DNA of 64,000 nucleotides from a bacterium (GTDB lineage Bacteria > 4484-113), in contig JAGGTK010000072.1 of assembly GCA_021163765.1 (NCBI GenBank), forward strand, positions 6,072-70,071. Direction: 5' to 3'. The position numbers were made by a program, and so were the translations under genes. The first letter of the stretch is position 1; each line of letters starts with the position of its first letter. Shown here one piece after another: positions 35,827-44,443 of the stretch. A model generated the notes under the pieces. The model worked only from the letters and a program-made list of their open reading frames with translations, was not told where the DNA came from and did no database searches.

Positions 35827-36999
35827 TCACACAGAGAAATTCGCAACGTAGTCGGGCTTGGGCACGGTGAACAGGCGAACCGTAAATTCATAGTGGCTGC
35901 GCCGGATGTCGAGGAAATACTCAACCCCGAGTTCCCCCTGCAGAACCTCCAGCCTGAGCTCTTCGGGCGTTGGTGGTGCCTTTCCGTTTAAAGCCACTAT
36001 TTCATCACCCTTGAGCAAGCCCGCCGCCTCTGCAGGCGAATCAGGCTCCACTGAGTAAACCCATAATCCTTCAGGGCGAAACCGCTCCTTGAATTCGACA
36101 TAGGCTTCCGGGTTCTTGATGTTGGGCGGGAATATGCAGTGTATACCGAGCCACGGGATGTCCTGGCGCCTGTGCTCCAGCACCTCAACGACGAAGCTCT
36201 TCGCGGAGTTGATCGGCACGGAGAAGTTGGTTTGCTGTGAGAGCATGTGCGATCCACCCCAGGTGTTGATGCCTATGACCTCCCCGTGCTGGTTGAACAG
36301 TGGCCCGCCCGAATTGCCCGGATTAATCGGCGACTGCGTTCGGAAAACGTACGGAAGATACATCGCATAGGTCAGACCGTATGACCCCCGGAGGTAGTAA
36401 TTCTGGATAACCTGGAAATTAATGTCTGTATAACGGCCCGAGACCACGCGCATGGTCGCAGTCGAGCGCAAGCCGTATGCCTCCAGCGGGTTACTTCGGT
36501 CGATATTAAAGCCCTCCATAGAGCCCGGAGCTCCCATTGCCAGGGCCAGGTCTCCCGGCCTCACCCGGTCTGAATCGCCGAGCGGGACCGGGAAGAGATG
36601 ATCCGGGTCAGGATTATCCAGTTTCAGCAGCGCGATGTCGTAGTGGGGAGCTGCGGCGACCAGCGTGGCTCTTGCCGAGGAACCGTCCCAGAAAACGATC
36701 TGCGCCACCGAAGCCTTGCCTGCGACATGGGTGTTTGTGATTATATGCCCCTGCTTGTCGATTACGAAGCCCGATCCCAGACCGCCAAACTCGGCGGCTG
36801 CGACACCTTCCACCATGATTGGCTGCACCACCACCACGCCGCGCTTTACCTTCTCGATAAGCTCAGGCACATTGACCGGCGTTTCGCGCAGAATACGCAG
36901 CCCTTCCTCTTCGCTGAGCATCCCTTCCTGCGCACCGGCAACCGCGCCGGCAAGGCAGATGCATCCCATCACCACTGTCAGTGCAAGCAGGTTTCTCAT
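35827..36999 (-). CDS. htrA: HtrA/DegP-family serine protease with PDZ domain (intact His-Asp-Ser triad)
   Basis: GHIITNTHVAG, HYDIALLKLD and NPGNSGGPLFNQHGEVIGIN are all present, with a signal-like N-terminus. The PDZ region reads PDSPAEAAGLLKGDEIVALNG. Confidence 0.88.
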   Translation of the reverse strand: MRNLLALTVVMGCICLAGAVAGAQEGMLSEEEGLRILRETPVNVPELIEKVKRGVVVVQPIMVEGVAAAEFGGLGSGFVIDKQGHIITNTHVAGKASVAQIVFWDGSSARATLVAAAPHYDIALLKLDNPDPDHLFPVPLGDSDRVRPGDLALAMGAPGSMEGFNIDRSNPLEAYGLRSTATMRVVSGRYTDINFQVIQNYYLRGSYGLTYAMYLPYVFRTQSPINPGNSGGPLFNQHGEVIGINTWGGSHMLSQQTNFSVPINSAKSFVVEVLEHRRQDIPWLGIHCIFPPNIKNPEAYVEFKERFRPEGLWVYSVEPDSPAEAAGLLKGDEIVALNGKAPPTPEELRLEVLQGELGVEYFLDIRRSHYEFTVRLFTVPKPDYVANFSV

Positions 37000-37055
37000 T
37001 CAGTACGCCTCCAGAGTTTGGCCAGCCGCAGACTCCGGTCGTTGAGCTGCGGCTG

Positions 37056-38195
37056 CTACTCCTCCTCTTCCTCCGGGTACTCCAGTATCTGCACCACTGT
37101 TTGGTACAAATCCTGGTCCGTCGTGCCCGTGGCTTCTGTAACGTTGGGCGTATAGCGCCAGTAGGTGACACTGACAACTTGCCCGATATCCACGCGTCGC
37201 ATAAACGCTTTGTAGTCAAAGAGATAGTTGAACTTGTTACCGTCCATCTCGGTAACGACGTCTCCGGGCAAAAGGCCGGCGAGATCGGCCGGGCTGCCGG
37301 GCTCAACGTATGTAATGAATACGCCGTTCTCGATGCGCCCAGGAACCTTATTGAGGAGCCTGATCTGGTCGGTCATCCACAGCCCCTCTATGCCGAACCA
37401 CGGCCGCTTTGCCTCTCCTGAGATAATGCGGTCAGCCACCCTTACCAGGTCATTGATCGGAACGGCAAGGTTGATGTTTGACTGGTAGAAATCCTGCACC
37501 GTTCCGTAGACAATGCCAACCACTTCTCCTTTTACGTTGGCAAGCGGGCCGCCCATCATCGGGAGCTCGTAGGCCGCATCGAACTGAATGTACTGTTCCG
37601 TGGGCTCCTCCACGCTTGGCAGCTCCTTCCGGATTGCGGAAATGACCCCAACGGTGCTGATATAGTCCACGCCCTCGGTATCGTAGCCCAGAATCGTGAT
37701 AGGCTCACCTAGCTTCAAGTCCTCCGAGCTGGCAAGAATCGCCGGGACGGGCTCGTAGTGATACCCCCAGTCAACCTCAAGTACGGCGGTCTTGAAAACG
37801 TCATCTTCGTCCACCAGCGTGGCCGGGAAAGACCTGCCGTCGCTCGTGATCACCCGGATGTACTCGGCGTGCGTCAGGAGGAAAGGCGTCGTGATGACGT
37901 ACTTGGGATCCTTGTAGATGAAACCGCTGCCGTAAAGCCCGTAAAGCGGCCTGGCACCCCGGAAGTAACTCCAGATAGCATACTCGGTGTCGTTGCGCGG
38001 GCGATCGAAGCGGGTTTCGATGAAAACCACGGATGGCTTGAGTATCTGCGCCGCGACGTCGGACGCATAATTCAGCTCCCAACCCGACACAGCGCCATTC
38101 TGCGCACTCGCGGCGGCCGAAGTAAGCAGGACCGCCATAATGACCGCGAGCGAAAAAAGCCGCGCCGCCATTTTGTGTGGCCACATAGGTTTCAC
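37056..38195 (-). CDS. HtrA/DegP-like S1C paralog with PDZ domain, catalytic Ser and Asp replaced (probable pseudoprotease)
   Basis: The Ser site reads IQFDAAYELPMMGGPL (canonical IQTDAAINPGNSGGPL). The Asp site reads FKTAVLEV. The His site is ambiguous (VITTPFLLTHAEY). PDZ region: PGSPADLAGLLPGDVVTEMDG. Confidence 0.78.
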   Translation of the reverse strand: MKPMWPHKMAARLFSLAVIMAVLLTSAAASAQNGAVSGWELNYASDVAAQILKPSVVFIETRFDRPRNDTEYAIWSYFRGARPLYGLYGSGFIYKDPKYVITTPFLLTHAEYIRVITSDGRSFPATLVDEDDVFKTAVLEVDWGYHYEPVPAILASSEDLKLGEPITILGYDTEGVDYISTVGVISAIRKELPSVEEPTEQYIQFDAAYELPMMGGPLANVKGEVVGIVYGTVQDFYQSNINLAVPINDLVRVADRIISGEAKRPWFGIEGLWMTDQIRLLNKVPGRIENGVFITYVEPGSPADLAGLLPGDVVTEMDGNKFNYLFDYKAFMRRVDIGQVVSVTYWRYTPNVTEATGTTDQDLYQTVVQILEYPEEEEE

Positions 38196-38205
38196 CTCAA
38201 ATTGA

Positions 38206-39672
38206 CTAATATGATTGACCCCAATAAGCTACGTACCGGGCGGGCCTGCCAGAATAAACGCAGGCTACCTTACCAGATGTAACCCCTTTTTTCAACACGC
38301 GAACGGTCGCCGACGTGGCTTCCTTGACCGCCGCTTCGGTCTCGTCAGTGCCATCCCAGGCCGCTACGGCAAAGCCTTTCCCCATAACGGCCTCTTTGAA
38401 TTCGTCGAAGCTTTCCACCTTATACAGGCGGGACGAAAGCTCCTGCGACGCCCGCTCGCGCAACCGCTCCTGCACGCCCGCCAGCAGCCCCGTTAGCTCA
38501 TCGAACTTAAAAGCGCCGGCTCCCAGGTCAAAGGAAAGAGCGCGCTTATTGCGGTTATCACGCGTAACCGCCATTACCTGGGACTTCGCCAGGTCTTTCG
38601 GCCCTATTTCCAGACGCACGGGAACCCCTTTGAGTTCCCACTTGCTGAATTTAAAGCCCGGCTTTGTGTTTTCGTCCAGATCGGCGAGAACCCTTATCGG
38701 CTCATCGAAGGCCGAGTGCGACTTCAACAGCAGGCGCAGCTTCTCCGCGGCTTCCAGCACCTGGGTCTTCGTCTCATCATACAGAATCGGGACTATGACC
38801 ACCTGCGTCGGCGCCACCCTGGGCGGCAGGATAAGTCCGTTATCGTCTCCGTGCTGCATAATCAGCCCGCCCACTATCCGGTGCGAGACGCCCCAGCTTG
38901 TAGTCCACACGAGCTTCTCGGTATTGTCGTCGTCGAGGAATTTGATTTCGAACGCCTTTGCGAAGTTCTGGCCCAGGAAGTGGCTCGTGCCGCACTGCAA
39001 CGCCTTCCCGTCGGGCATCATCCCTTCGATAGCGTAGGTTTCCACCGCGCCCGCAAACTTCTCGGATTCGCTCTTTTTACCGGCCAGCACTGCCATGGAC
39101 AGGTCATCCACCGCGAAGTCGCGGTAAATGTCGAGTATCAACCTTGTCTCCTCGCGCGCTTCGTCTTCCGTGCGATGGGCGGTGTGCCCCTCCTGCCACA
39201 GAAACTCCAGCGTGCGCAGGAACGGGCGCGTGGCCTTCTCCCAGCGCACAACGTTGGCCCACTGGTTCTGCAGAATCGGCAGATCGCGGTACGAGCCGAT
39301 CCATTTCGCCCACATCGTGCCGATGATGACCTCTGATGTAGGCCGTATCGCTAGCGGCTCCGCCAGCTTCTCGCCGCCGCCGATTGTCACCCAGGCGACC
39401 TCCGGCGAGAAACCCTCGATATGCGCCGCCTCCTTCATCAGCAGGCTCTTTGGAATGAGCAGCGGGTAGTAGACGTCGCTGTGGCCGGCGTCGATGATGC
39501 GCTGGCCCAGCAGCTTCTTCACCCGTTCCCAGATAGCGTAGCCGTACTCGCGGTAGACCATACATCCGCGCACGGGCGCATAATCCGCGAGTTCGCCTTT
39601 GAGAATCACGTCGGTGTACCAGTCCGACAGGTTCTCGCTGCGTTTTGCGATGTGTTTTGCCTCGATATCCAT
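38206..39672 (-). CDS. proS: Proline--tRNA ligase (archaeal/eukaryote-like class IIa form)
   Basis: ATG 39672 gives MDIEAKHIAKRSENLSDWYTDVILKGELADYAPVRGCMVYREYGYAIWE. Also FLRTLEFLWQEGHTAH and a C-terminal ...YVAYWGQSY. Confidence 0.9.
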   Translation of the reverse strand: MDIEAKHIAKRSENLSDWYTDVILKGELADYAPVRGCMVYREYGYAIWERVKKLLGQRIIDAGHSDVYYPLLIPKSLLMKEAAHIEGFSPEVAWVTIGGGEKLAEPLAIRPTSEVIIGTMWAKWIGSYRDLPILQNQWANVVRWEKATRPFLRTLEFLWQEGHTAHRTEDEAREETRLILDIYRDFAVDDLSMAVLAGKKSESEKFAGAVETYAIEGMMPDGKALQCGTSHFLGQNFAKAFEIKFLDDDNTEKLVWTTSWGVSHRIVGGLIMQHGDDNGLILPPRVAPTQVVIVPILYDETKTQVLEAAEKLRLLLKSHSAFDEPIRVLADLDENTKPGFKFSKWELKGVPVRLEIGPKDLAKSQVMAVTRDNRNKRALSFDLGAGAFKFDELTGLLAGVQERLRERASQELSSRLYKVESFDEFKEAVMGKGFAVAAWDGTDETEAAVKEATSATVRVLKKGVTSGKVACVYSGRPARYVAYWGQSY

Positions 39673-39855
39673 AGCGCTCTCAGTGCGAACCATAGATTAT
39701 ATCAGAAGCACCCGCCAACCCGACCTTTGGGCGGCGGCGAGGCTTGGCAAGCCATAGCCCCCCGCTCCAATCTCGCGGCGAAGGGGCGTTTTCTATGGTA
39801 AACTGTAAGGCTAGCGCTTTGAGAGCGCTGTGGAGCGCCGGAGCGCGAAATCATT

Positions 39856-41466
39856 ATGCCAAAACCGGTGGAAAGACCTTCGCGTGAAGTTGAGAAGCAC
39901 TTCAACTTCAACATCCTGAAGAAGCGCATGGCTGCCGTAAACCTGCGGACTGAGCGCAGGCTCCGGCCGCGAATCGTCCGCAAGATCGCGCTGTCCCTGG
40001 GAATCAGGCGCGTCTCGCTGGTCGCCCTCGACCCTAAAACTGAGCGCATCGTCCAGCTCAACTACACGGGCTTCCGCGGGAAGGCCCGCGACCTTAATGC
40101 GACGCTGAAGGTGGTTTGCCGCGTGGCTAAGGACCGCCGCCCGTTCATCTGCGGCAATATTGAGGACTTCCCTGACCTGGTATCGCCGTTTAAAAAGAAC
40201 TACCGCACGCCAGCGTGCGCTGTGCTCCCGCTCACCTTCCAGGATGAGCTGGTGGGAGTCCTCTGCCTGTCTGACCTTTCAGCCACGCAGTTGCAGGAGC
40301 TGAGCCAGCGCCTGGGTGAACTGGAATCGGTCTGCGAACAGATAGCACAGTTGCTCTACCACTGGGAGTTTATGCGCGGCGAGCATCCGGCCGCGCCGGT
40401 CAGCAAAGACGATCGCGCGAAGTTCTTTATGCTGCTGGACGAGTTCGTCGAGAACATCAATCTGACGTGGGAAACCGAGAACACGGTCGGCGTCTACAGC
40501 CGCTTGTTGTCCGATATTCTCCCGCTCAAATTTTGGGGAATGATATTCGACCCGCTGGAAAGGGGCGAGGAAATCGTATTGTGCCTGATCGACAGGACCA
40601 GCGACCAGGAAGTTGAGTGGCTCACATCCCACCTCATCCGCTCCTGGCCCAAGCGGCCCAACCTGCAAAAATCGGAGATCTCGCACGTCCGCCTTGTCGG
40701 CGAGGATATGCTGATAGAGGACAGCGCCATGGCCCCGGAAGAGGGCCAGCGGGTGGAGCTTGCGCCCATCTACCTGGACAACAACCTGTTCGGGCTGGTC
40801 GGCATCGTGGTCCCGCAGGCGTACTCCGTAACCGAGGACACGCGCCAGTTCATCAAGGTGCTCTCGCACCACCTCGGCACGCACATAAAGAAGAACTACC
40901 TGATGGCGGCCAATGAGGAAATGGACAACCTCGACCGCGTGACCGGCCTCTTCAACCAGCGGCACTTCTTCACGGTTCTGGAGCGCGAGTTCGAGCGGTC
41001 GACGCGCTACAACGTGCCGTTTTCCGTGCTGTTTCTAGACGTTGACCACTTCAAGGACATAAACGACACCTACGGCGTGGAGGAGGGGCATAACGTGCTG
41101 CGGGAGATTTCGCGGGTGCTGAAGGTCGCGTTGCGCTCCACCGACAACATCTCGCGCTACTCCGGCGAACGCTTCGTAATTGCGCTGACGGAAACCGGTC
41201 TGCGTGAGGCGGAGCTGGTGGCTAACCGAATCCGCCGCCTAGTCGCCAATCACTCCTTCTTCATCAGCGCGGAGAACCTGTTCATCAAGGTGACGGCCAG
41301 CATCGGCGTGACGAGCTTCCTCGACCACCGGCCGCGCAGTGTGGCGCAGTTCATCGAGTTTGCTGACACGGCGCTCTACTTCGCCAAGCGCAACGGGCGC
41401 AACCAGGTGGTCTCCTACACCTATGTCATCAACTTGATGATGTCCGATGTGGACAGCCAGAGCTAG
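39856..41466 (+). CDS. GAF-like sensor protein with a degenerate GGDEF domain (SGERF) and an intact RxxD I-site
   Basis: C-terminal DRVTGLFNQRHFF...FSVLFLDVDHFKDINDTYG...RSTDNISRYSGERFVIAL...ASIGV. The active-site GG(D/E)EF reads SGERF. RSTD sits at the canonical I-site spacing. Confidence 0.8.
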   Translation: MPKPVERPSREVEKHFNFNILKKRMAAVNLRTERRLRPRIVRKIALSLGIRRVSLVALDPKTERIVQLNYTGFRGKARDLNATLKVVCRVAKDRRPFICGNIEDFPDLVSPFKKNYRTPACAVLPLTFQDELVGVLCLSDLSATQLQELSQRLGELESVCEQIAQLLYHWEFMRGEHPAAPVSKDDRAKFFMLLDEFVENINLTWETENTVGVYSRLLSDILPLKFWGMIFDPLERGEEIVLCLIDRTSDQEVEWLTSHLIRSWPKRPNLQKSEISHVRLVGEDMLIEDSAMAPEEGQRVELAPIYLDNNLFGLVGIVVPQAYSVTEDTRQFIKVLSHHLGTHIKKNYLMAANEEMDNLDRVTGLFNQRHFFTVLEREFERSTRYNVPFSVLFLDVDHFKDINDTYGVEEGHNVLREISRVLKVALRSTDNISRYSGERFVIALTETGLREAELVANRIRRLVANHSFFISAENLFIKVTASIGVTSFLDHRPRSVAQFIEFADTALYFAKRNGRNQVVSYTYVINLMMSDVDSQS

Positions 41467-41476
41467 CCGCCCCCCA

Positions 41477-41560
41477 GTGGAGTCGCGACTTTCTAGTCGC
41501 GATTATATTGATGACAATTCGGGGCTGGAAAGCCCCGACTCCACGGTTGGGTTTTCTTCT
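41477..41560 (+). terminator. Nested hairpins followed by a T-rich run after the GGDEF gene (possible terminator)
   Basis: GTGGAGT (41477-41483) pairs with ACTCCAC (41538-41544). Inner perfect hairpin CGGGGCT-GGAA-AGCCCCG at 41520-41537. Followed by GGTTGGGTTTTCTTCT. Confidence 0.3.
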
Positions 41561-41595
41561 CTGACGACTGACAACTGGAAGCTGACCGCTGAAAG
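41561..41595 (+). repeat. Heptanucleotide tandem array CTGANNN, 5 units
   Basis: CTGACGA CTGACAA CTGGAAG CTGACCG CTGAAAG, with strict 7-nt phase. Confidence 0.85.
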
Positions 41596-41667
41596 CTTGC
41601 CCGCCGTAGCTTTACCCGTCCTCCGCAGAAGCTCTGCTTCGGAGGGTGCAGCGAAGGGTAGCCAAAC

Positions 41668-41739
41668 TAGCGGCGGGCGGAATCGAACCGCCGACTCAAC
41701 GGTTATGAGCCGTTTGCTCTACCTCTGAGCTACGCCGCC
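41668..41739 (-). tRNA. tRNA with anticodon CAT (elongator tRNA-Met type, or tRNA-Ile2 if lysidinylated)
   Basis: The reverse complement folds as GGCGGCG TA GCTC AGAGGTA GAGC A AACGG CTCATAA CCGTT GAGTC GGCGG TTCGATT CCGCC CGCCGCT A. 72 nt, no encoded CCA. The anticodon stem lacks the three G-C pairs of initiator tRNA. Confidence 0.88.
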
Positions 41740-41867
41740 GCGGAGCGCAATTATAGAATACCACCGATTCAAGTCAAGAAAGGACGCATCCCATTGGCTG
41801 CGGACGACCATCCAGGCGTCCGAACTTCGTTCTCCCCTCATAAGTACACGGTGTTTACCCGCCGATG

Positions 41868-41928
41868 CTGAGGGCTGACCGCTGGCAGTCCTGCTGACGA
41901 CTGATGGCTGAAGACTGATAGCTGAGCA
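41868..41928 (+). repeat. Heptanucleotide tandem array CTGANNN, 8 units with one 5-nt interruption
   Basis: CTGAGGG CTGACCG CTGGCAG (tcctg) CTGACGA CTGATGG CTGAAGA CTGATAG CTGAGCA. Units CTGACCG and CTGACGA are shared with the array at 41561. Confidence 0.85.
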
Positions 41929-41974
41929 AGCTCCTTCCCACCACGCGCAGGATACTCTATAATCCTTCGGCGCG

Positions 41975-43210
41975 ATGGGACACCGTTATTCCATTAAGTT
42001 GTGGTTGCCGCCGGCTTTGTTGCTGGCGTTTATTGGCTGCGCGCTAATGCTGCTTGCGGCATCGCAGGATGCTGCACGCGCGGAGATGACCGATGCGGCG
42101 CACATCGTGTTCAACGACGGAAGCCTGATCCTCGACTACGACTGGTGGGACGACGACGAGCTGGCGCTCTACACGGTGAATCCCTACGGCGCCATTATGT
42201 GGCTGCACAAAATCACCACCGGCGACCGCAAGAAACTCATCTCGGCGACCGACCTCAGCCGGGTTCTGGGCAAGCACACGGACTGGGAGCGGCTTACCTT
42301 TACGCTCTCGCCGCACCGGCGCTACATCTCGTTTTATATCCCGCCGTCGGGCCCGCTGGAGCCCCCGTTTTTCAAAGTGGTGGATCTGGAAGCGCCCCGC
42401 ATCCGCGCATTCAGCTTCAGCAAGATGCCCGACGATTTCACCGTGGGCCATAGCGTGTGGGACAACACAGATAAATACGTCTACGTATCGGCGCAGGAGT
42501 TCAGCGCGCCGGCAAACGTCGTCAGCCTGGGGCGGTTGAGCCTTGAGACCGGTGCGTTCTTGCCGCTGGCTCTCAAGGAGCAGGTGGACCTGATAGACGA
42601 CATGGCGTACGACCCGCAGAGCAACGCGATACTGATGGCTGCGCGCAGCTTTGGCGGCGAATACCCGCGCGGCAACTTCCTCGTGAAATACTCGCTGAGC
42701 GAGAACACGATTGCCTGCATTCACGAGGCGTACCAATACCGTGGCATCGAGGTCGTCGACACCGGTGAGGTACTGGTCGGCGCGGTGGTCAAGGAAGCGT
42801 TCGGCGGCTCGTTCCCCGGGTTCCTCATGGTGGACGAGTCGTTCGATCTGCCTGAGACGCCCGATGAGGGCAAGGCCGCGCGGTACGTCTCGCGCATACT
42901 GCTTATTCACCCTGACGGCGAGCCGGAAGTTTTGCTTAGCAGCCAGGACCGTGGCTTCGATTTCGAGCCGAACCTGTCGCCCGACGGTAACTACCTGGCC
43001 TTCATGCGAATGTTCTACCGGCTGCCTTACGCGGTGAGGGTGCGCGCGCCGGTAAACGACATCTTCCTGTGTTTGAAGGAGCGGCATGGAACGCAGGAAT
43101 ACGTCGTAATGCAGGGTGCTGAGAGCTACAAGTTCTCCCCGGCCGCCAGCCTGCTCGCAGCGCGCTACCGCGACCGGAGTTTCCTGACGCTGTTTGAGCT
43201 GCCGCAGTAG
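41975..43210 (+). CDS. Secreted protein with TolB-like PD40 beta-propeller repeats
   Basis: Signal-like N-terminus (LWLPPALLLAFIGCALMLLAASQDA). PD40-type strings LSPHRRYISF and LSPDGNYLAFMR. Confidence 0.6.
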   Translation: MGHRYSIKLWLPPALLLAFIGCALMLLAASQDAARAEMTDAAHIVFNDGSLILDYDWWDDDELALYTVNPYGAIMWLHKITTGDRKKLISATDLSRVLGKHTDWERLTFTLSPHRRYISFYIPPSGPLEPPFFKVVDLEAPRIRAFSFSKMPDDFTVGHSVWDNTDKYVYVSAQEFSAPANVVSLGRLSLETGAFLPLALKEQVDLIDDMAYDPQSNAILMAARSFGGEYPRGNFLVKYSLSENTIACIHEAYQYRGIEVVDTGEVLVGAVVKEAFGGSFPGFLMVDESFDLPETPDEGKAARYVSRILLIHPDGEPEVLLSSQDRGFDFEPNLSPDGNYLAFMRMFYRLPYAVRVRAPVNDIFLCLKERHGTQEYVVMQGAESYKFSPAASLLAARYRDRSFLTLFELPQ

Positions 43211-43244
43211 ATGCTGAAAAGGCTTGCGTAGCGCGCAGGCCGCG

Positions 43245-43928
43245 CTAGAACAGCGACCAGGTGTAGCTCACGCCGCCCGCGATATCCTGCATATCAATGA
43301 GCCCGACGTCCAGCGCAAGCCCCGATGAAGAGAACCGCGCGCCCAGATTGATGTACTTTTTCGTGCCCTCGGCGATGATTGAGAACTGCGGGTGAAGCTT
43401 CAGCTCGCCGCCGACGAGGAACCCGTCGCTGTAAAACCCCCCGCCGTAGCCTGCGTTCACCGACAGCCCTATCTGGTTGGACGCCAGCGGACCCGATAGG
43501 TTAAAGCTCTTGCTGACCAGAAGGAATGGCGAAATTTCCTGCTGGTCGAGCATATCGACGACCCCGCCGACGAACGCGAACGGCTGCAGGGAGGACTCGT
43601 CGCTTATGACGAACTTCCCGTTCAGCAGCGTAGCGCCGCCGCTCGTATTGCTGTCCATCGCGGACACCCCGAATTCTAGCGCGGGAATGGGGCTGTAAGT
43701 TGCGGCGTACACGCTCGTCTCTCCATCGACCCCGTAAGACGCGAGCGCGCCGGACAGGTCGAAGAAATGCGCTGAGAACGCAAGGCCGGAAACGCCGTTA
43801 GCCTGGGCATCAGGCGTCAGGATGAGACCGGAGGGTCCCAGGTAACTCGGCATCGCGGGCGCGGCGAAACCTGCCGACAGCAGCACTGCACAAATGGTTA
43901 GAACACCCAGAAATACCCTTCCTCTCAT
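43245..43928 (-). CDS. Putative small outer-membrane beta-barrel protein
   Basis: Signal peptide MRGRVFLGVLTICAVLLSAGFAAPA, alternating G/S/aromatic beta-strand composition, and C-terminus ...GGVSYTWSLF ending in Phe as in OMP beta-signals. Confidence 0.55.
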   Translation of the reverse strand: MRGRVFLGVLTICAVLLSAGFAAPAMPSYLGPSGLILTPDAQANGVSGLAFSAHFFDLSGALASYGVDGETSVYAATYSPIPALEFGVSAMDSNTSGGATLLNGKFVISDESSLQPFAFVGGVVDMLDQQEISPFLLVSKSFNLSGPLASNQIGLSVNAGYGGGFYSDGFLVGGELKLHPQFSIIAEGTKKYINLGARFSSSGLALDVGLIDMQDIAGGVSYTWSLF

Positions 43929-43953
43929 CTGATTCCCTCCATACAGTTAGGTG

Positions 43954-43983
43954 ATTCTACCGTCATATAGTGCAAGGTGTCAA
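43954..43983 (-). promoter_or_regulatory. Putative sigma70-type promoter for the beta-barrel protein gene
   Basis: The minus strand reads TTGACA (43983-43978), 18-nt spacer, TAGAAT (43959-43954). SD GGAGGGA precedes ATG 43928. Confidence 0.5.
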
Positions 43984-44337
43984 TAACTTGTTGATAACTC
44001 GGTGACTATTCACTGCGTTCAAAGCTTGGTCAACTCAGAATCCCAACCTGCCAACAGCAGGTAAACGGGCGAATAGGACAGCTCAATGTTCTGCACCCAG
44101 GCTGAGCCGGAAGGCGCGCCAGGCGAGCGTGCGGTCCGTCGATAATGCGAACAGGCCTTCACCGGGCGCTTTGGGCAAGGTGCCAACACAGCCCTGCGCG
44201 TGGATAAGCTGTTGACCTTGGGGATAACCACGCGCGGAATGCTCAATTATGCGCCGGCGCGCGCGGCGCGTGGCTGCACTGCGATTTGGGCTTGTTCTCG
44301 GTGACGCGACGATACCGCAGGCGGGGTCAGCTTTATA

Positions 44338-44408
44338 CTGGGGTGCAGGGATTCGAACCCCAATTAATGGATCCAGAGTCCACTGTCCTACCGTTAGACG
44401 ACACCCCA
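44338..44408 (-). tRNA. tRNA-Gln (anticodon CTG)
   Basis: The reverse complement folds as TGGGGTG TC GTCT AACGGTA GGAC A GTGGA CTCTGGA TCCAT TAAT TGGGG TTCGAAT CCCTG CACCCCA G. The U1-A72 pair is typical of bacterial tRNA-Gln. 71 nt, no encoded CCA. Confidence 0.85.
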
Positions 44409-44443
44409 ACTTGAGCGAGGCTACATTCTATCGGCGCAGCCTG

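Noticed and set aside
41447-41728. 93-aa ORF spanning the hairpins, the heptamer array and tRNA-Met.
   Set aside because: It overlaps a well-folded tRNA on the opposite strand and a repeat array, has no SD and has an implausible composition.
44081-44200. GCC-GGAA-GGC tetraloop hairpin in the ~350-bp gene-free region between tRNA-Gln and the barrel-protein promoter, considered as SRP (4.5S) RNA helix 8 or another ncRNA.
   Set aside because: The flanking sequence lacks the conserved AGCA / GGAAGCAGCC symmetric-loop motif and does not form the extended helix 5. No RNase P, tmRNA or 6S signatures were recognised. The region stays unannotated, and a covariance-model scan (Rfam/Infernal) would be needed.
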